A DNA stretch of 64,000 nt from the human T2T-CHM13v2.0 reference genome, Homo sapiens. The first letter of the stretch is position 1, and every line of letters begins with the position of its first letter. A program made the position numbers and the translations under genes. Below are positions 60,591 to 64,000 of the stretch, piece after piece. The stretch lies in assembly GCF_009914755.1 (NCBI RefSeq), contig NC_060928.1; one strand, given 5' to 3'. A model generated the notes under the pieces. That model worked only from the letters and a program-made list of their open reading frames with translations. It was not told the DNA's origin and did no database searches.

Positions 60591-60676
60591 CTATGGATGG
60601 TAGTATCAGGGTGCACATACATCTTTTTTTTTTTTCTCTCTGATTTTCTTTTTTTATTTAAATTCTTTTTTTTTAA

Positions 60677-60741
60677 ATTATACTTTAAGTTTTAGGGTAC
60701 ATGTGCACATTGTGCAGGTTAGTTACATATGTATACACGTG
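60677..60741 (-). mobile_element. L1PA2/L1HS pre-Ta-type 3' terminal 65 bp
   Basis: Reverse complement is CACGTGTATACATATGTAACTAACCTGCACAATGTGCACATGTACCCTAAAACTTAAAGTATAAT. Confidence 0.9.
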
Positions 60742-61099
60742 ACCTGGCTACCTTTAAAGATGGATATTGACTCCTCCAAAATGCTTTCACTTGAAAAAAA
60801 AAAGAAGAAAAAAACCTCAAAAATGAGAAGGGCTTTCCGACTTGAGGAAAGCAAATCTTTTTAACTTGCACTAGGAACATCACGACATTTTCTTGCCTCT
60901 TAGATGGTTTGTATTTTGGATGCTTCTGAAGAGAAACAAAGACATATAGAATTTAAACATTATCTGTGTTTATTTGTAGAATACTTATTTTTTGTATTTT
61001 GTTTTTTAAATGAGTATGTCTGATATCTCATACATTTAGAATATTTGTAATAGAATAGCAAATTTCCACCATGGAATCAGTGGAGAGCTATGCAATTTA

Positions 61100-61240
61100 A
61101 CAACTGCAAAGAATCTTAGAGATCCTTAGAGTAACACATCCTCTTATTTACAAATGGGGAAACAGGGTATACGAGTAGAAGTGACTTGCCTAATCCATAA
61201 GCTAGGGGTACAACAGGGTCATTAGGGCCATCCTGTTCAA
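61100..61240 (-). mobile_element. MIR/MIR3
   Basis: cttagagatccttagagtaacacatcctcttatttacaaatggggaaacaggg...agtgacttgcctaa. Confidence 0.65.
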
Positions 61241-61551
61241 TTTCTCCCTGATATGATCCTAGCGATGGAGTACCTACCAACTTTCTTTACAATAGCCCAA
61301 CGTCTAGTATGAGAATCATTCTGTGGACACTCTTCCAAATTGAAACAATCTCCTTGGATTACTCCTGGCACAGCTTATGTATTCTCATAGCCAATCCCCT
61401 GGTCATGACTCTGACACTAGTAGATAAAAAGTATCACTCTAATCTCTTGATCTTTTCATCATGCCTTTATTTTTACACATGCAGTACTCAGAGTCTAAAC
61501 AAACCTTAGCTTGCATTTTCCTCTTAAAAGCCCACCATGGATCTCACAGTT

Positions 61552-61553
<2 letters not shown>

Positions 61554-61586
<33 letters not shown>

Positions 61587-61868
61587 GAGACGGGATCTCA
61601 CTCTGTTGCCAGGCTGGAGTGCAGTGGCACAATCTTGGCTCACTGCAACCTCCGACTCCTTGGTTGTTCAAGTGATTCTCTTGCCTCAGCCTCCCAAATA
61701 GCTGAGATTACAGGCACGCGCCACCAGGCCCAGCTAATTTTTGTATTTTTAGTAGAGACAGCGTTTCACCATGTTGGCCAGGATGGTCTCGATCTCCTGA
61801 CCTCGTGATCCACCCACCTCAGCCTTCCAAAGTGCTGGGATTACAGGCGTGAGCCACCGCGCCCGGCC
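61554..61868 (-). mobile_element. AluSc with (TTG)12 microsatellite tail
   Basis: ctgttgccaggctgg and ggccaggatggtctcgatctc. Degenerate TSD tct(cac/tgt)agtttt. Confidence 0.93.
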
Positions 61869-62190
61869 TCTTGTAGTTTTTAAAATTAAATTTAATCCAA
61901 TAAAACATTTAGTTTGCCTTTATTTGGAATTTGTTATCTATTGTTATATACTCTATTAATACCTCCTCTTCAGCAAGGAAATTTTCTTACATCTGCTTAC
62001 ACGTACATCATTTGTTAGAGCCCCTAAATATTGGTAATGATGATGATGATATTATAGCATGAATTACTTTACGTTGAACATTGGCCTAAGTGCTTTAAAC
62101 ACATTATTTGCCTAGCATTTACAACATTTTTGTAGGTATTATTTGTCACAATTACATTTTCTTGTTCTATGATATAATTTGTTTTGATAT

Positions 62191-62392
62191 CGTATTAGTT
62201 TTCTATTGTTCCCCTACTGAATTACCACAAATTTATTACATTGTGGGATTGTAAGTCTGAAGTCCAATAGGGGTCTCACTAGCCTAAAGTTAAGGTGTCG
62301 GCAGGACTGTGTTCTGTTTTGGAGACTCTAGGAGAAAATCTGTCTCCTTGCCTTTTCCAGCTTCTTGATGCCATTCATAGCTTCTTTCATGA
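62191..62392 (-). mobile_element. MLT1 (B/C/D-like) LTR 3' fragment
   Basis: gtattagttttctattg...aattaccacaaattt...aaggtgtcggcaggactgtgttc...ggagactctaggagaaaatctgtctccttgccttttccagcttct. Confidence 0.8.
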
Positions 62393-62429
62393 TCTGGCAT
62401 CCTATACGTTATACTTATTTTCTGATTAT

Positions 62430-62950
62430 ATTTTGCCTAACCTCTGTGAGATATTAATTATTTGAGGGCAGAGATTTTTATTTGTTTGTTCATAACTATA
62501 TCCAGGTGCCTTAAAATGATGCCTGACACAAAATAGGTACTCAATCAACATAGGTTAATAAATGAATGAGCAAAAAGTTTTATTGTGCATATTAATTGTT
62601 ACCTGGGGGAATATACTCAGACATCTTAAGTCTCATATGTAAACTTGGGGTATTGATATCAACATGCCATTTTGAGGATTAATTGAGGTTATGTCTATAA
62701 ATACCTACTAGCATAGTGTCTAGCACATAGTATGAAAACATTGTATTATTATTATTTATTAAAATGGCATTTTGTTTTCTTTATAGCACCTGACACTATC
62801 CAAATTGCCTTTTCTGTTTCTTTTCTTTTTACTTATTTCTTAATTGTTTCACAAAGGCAGAGTCTTGTATGCTTTGCCTCTATGTCTTTAGTACCTAGAA
62901 TAGTGCCTGTTTAAAAGTAGGAGCTGAATAAATGTTTGCTGAATTAATAT
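62430..62950 (+). mobile_element. L2 3' end / MIR / L2 3' end cluster
   Basis: tgagggcagaga...tgcctgacacaaaataggtactcaa; ctcatatgtaaacttgggg...tgaggattaattgagg...gtctagcacatagt; cctagaatagtgcctg...aataaatgtttgctgaat. Confidence 0.65.
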
Positions 62951-64000
62951 TAATCATGTGTAGGAAAAGAAGCTTGGGAATGTTATTCTACCACCCACAG
63001 CTGTGCCCACTATTATGATGGTTGTTTTGTGTGTTCTTTCTCAAGGATTCACTTTCAGAACTCAAAATGGGGTGTAGGGTGGTGGTGGTGCCAGCAGTGG
63101 GGATGGGAGAAGCTCGATCTCTCCCTACAGTAGAAGTGCTTACTGCTCTATGTGTTCTTCAGCCCTATAAGAACCAATGAAAGCCATCCACACCTCCCTC
63201 GATACTGGACATCCCTACATACTCACAGCAGTCTGCAAAACATATCCAAGGGCCCACTGAGACACTGAAGATGACCCATTGATTTAATACATATTTGCAA
63301 GGCTCTGATTGAGAACCTCTGGACAGGCGCTTATCTAGAGGTTACAGTGTGTGACTAACACGACACAGTTTAGGATTTATGTAACAGGAATATGCTATAG
63401 GGAGAGAAAGAACAGAAGACCTCAGTTGACACGGTGGAATTGGAGTGAGAGAGATTTCCATGAAGCCAAGTAAATAGTATTTTGGAGAGTGAAGGAGGAG
63501 ACATCATCCTTAACTTCAATATTATTATCCTGTGTAGATTCATACTTTGTGTATTTTTTACTTAAGAGAAAAAATAGTAATAATATTCGCTAGGAGAAAC
63601 ACTTTGAAGAAAGAAATAAGTCCAGGAGCCCTGTAATGTACTTTTCCTCTATTTATTTCCCACATAAAATTAAAGCTGTTTTAGTTCTCATCGCATTTAT
63701 CATCTTGAACTCATTTGCCACATTATTTTATTTAAATATTCCTTAACCTACAGAGAGTGGACTTAACTGCTAAAAAGTACTTAATACATGTTCCCAAGGA
63801 ACTGCTTCAATTACCACTGCACAAAGGTTTGTTTGTTTTTAATAATACAGTATTATTACTAGAAGTATCATCAAGTCATGGAATGGTCAAAATATTCTTA
63901 CTTCTATTGCTAGGGTGTTAGAAAGGACTCTGGACTACTTGATGTCTAGATGCAGATAAAAAAAGCAGCTGTTCACTTCACATAAAGTAGCCGCTACTGC

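Larger units (their letters stand above)
60265..60741 (-). mobile_element. L1 3'-transduction insert: L1PA2/pre-Ta-type 3' end + A-tracts + unique DNA + polyadenylated THE1 LTR
   Basis: Perfect 14-bp TSD acctggctaccttt (60251-60264 / 60742-60755), T24 tail, and L1 endonuclease site (cttt/aa). Confidence 0.9.

Overview
AT-rich primate genomic DNA, most likely human or great ape (AluY and an L1PA2/pre-Ta-type L1 end are present). It looks intronic or intergenic. I recognise no protein-coding exon, and the ORF track is explained by Alu, L1, LTR and microsatellite translations or by chance. The window holds about 17 Alu copies or fragments (most with readable target-site duplications, TSDs), a ~5 kb 5'-truncated L1PB, older L1M, L2 and MIR relics, DNA transposons (MER6A, MER44A, MER2, MER1B, MER5), several solo LTRs and a mitochondrial 16S rRNA NUMT. 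The most notable structure is at 60251-60755: a TSD-flanked 477-bp insert made of a young L1 3' end, two A-tracts separated by a short AATAAA-bearing segment, 33 bp of unique DNA, and a THE1 LTR cut and polyadenylated at its own poly(A) site. This is an L1 3' transduction, possibly a serial (two-round) one. Other oddities are an Alu inserted inside a NUMT inside an old L1, a 144-bp local duplication 1008 bp apart with no retrotransposition hallmarks, a 21-bp Alu stub with a pure A20 tail and no TSD, a tiny 5'-inverted L1, an orphan internal L1 ORF2 fragment, and several candidate enhancers and non-coding exons. I found no convincing new gene system. Repeat subfamily names come from recalled consensus sequences and need RepeatMasker/Dfam confirmation.
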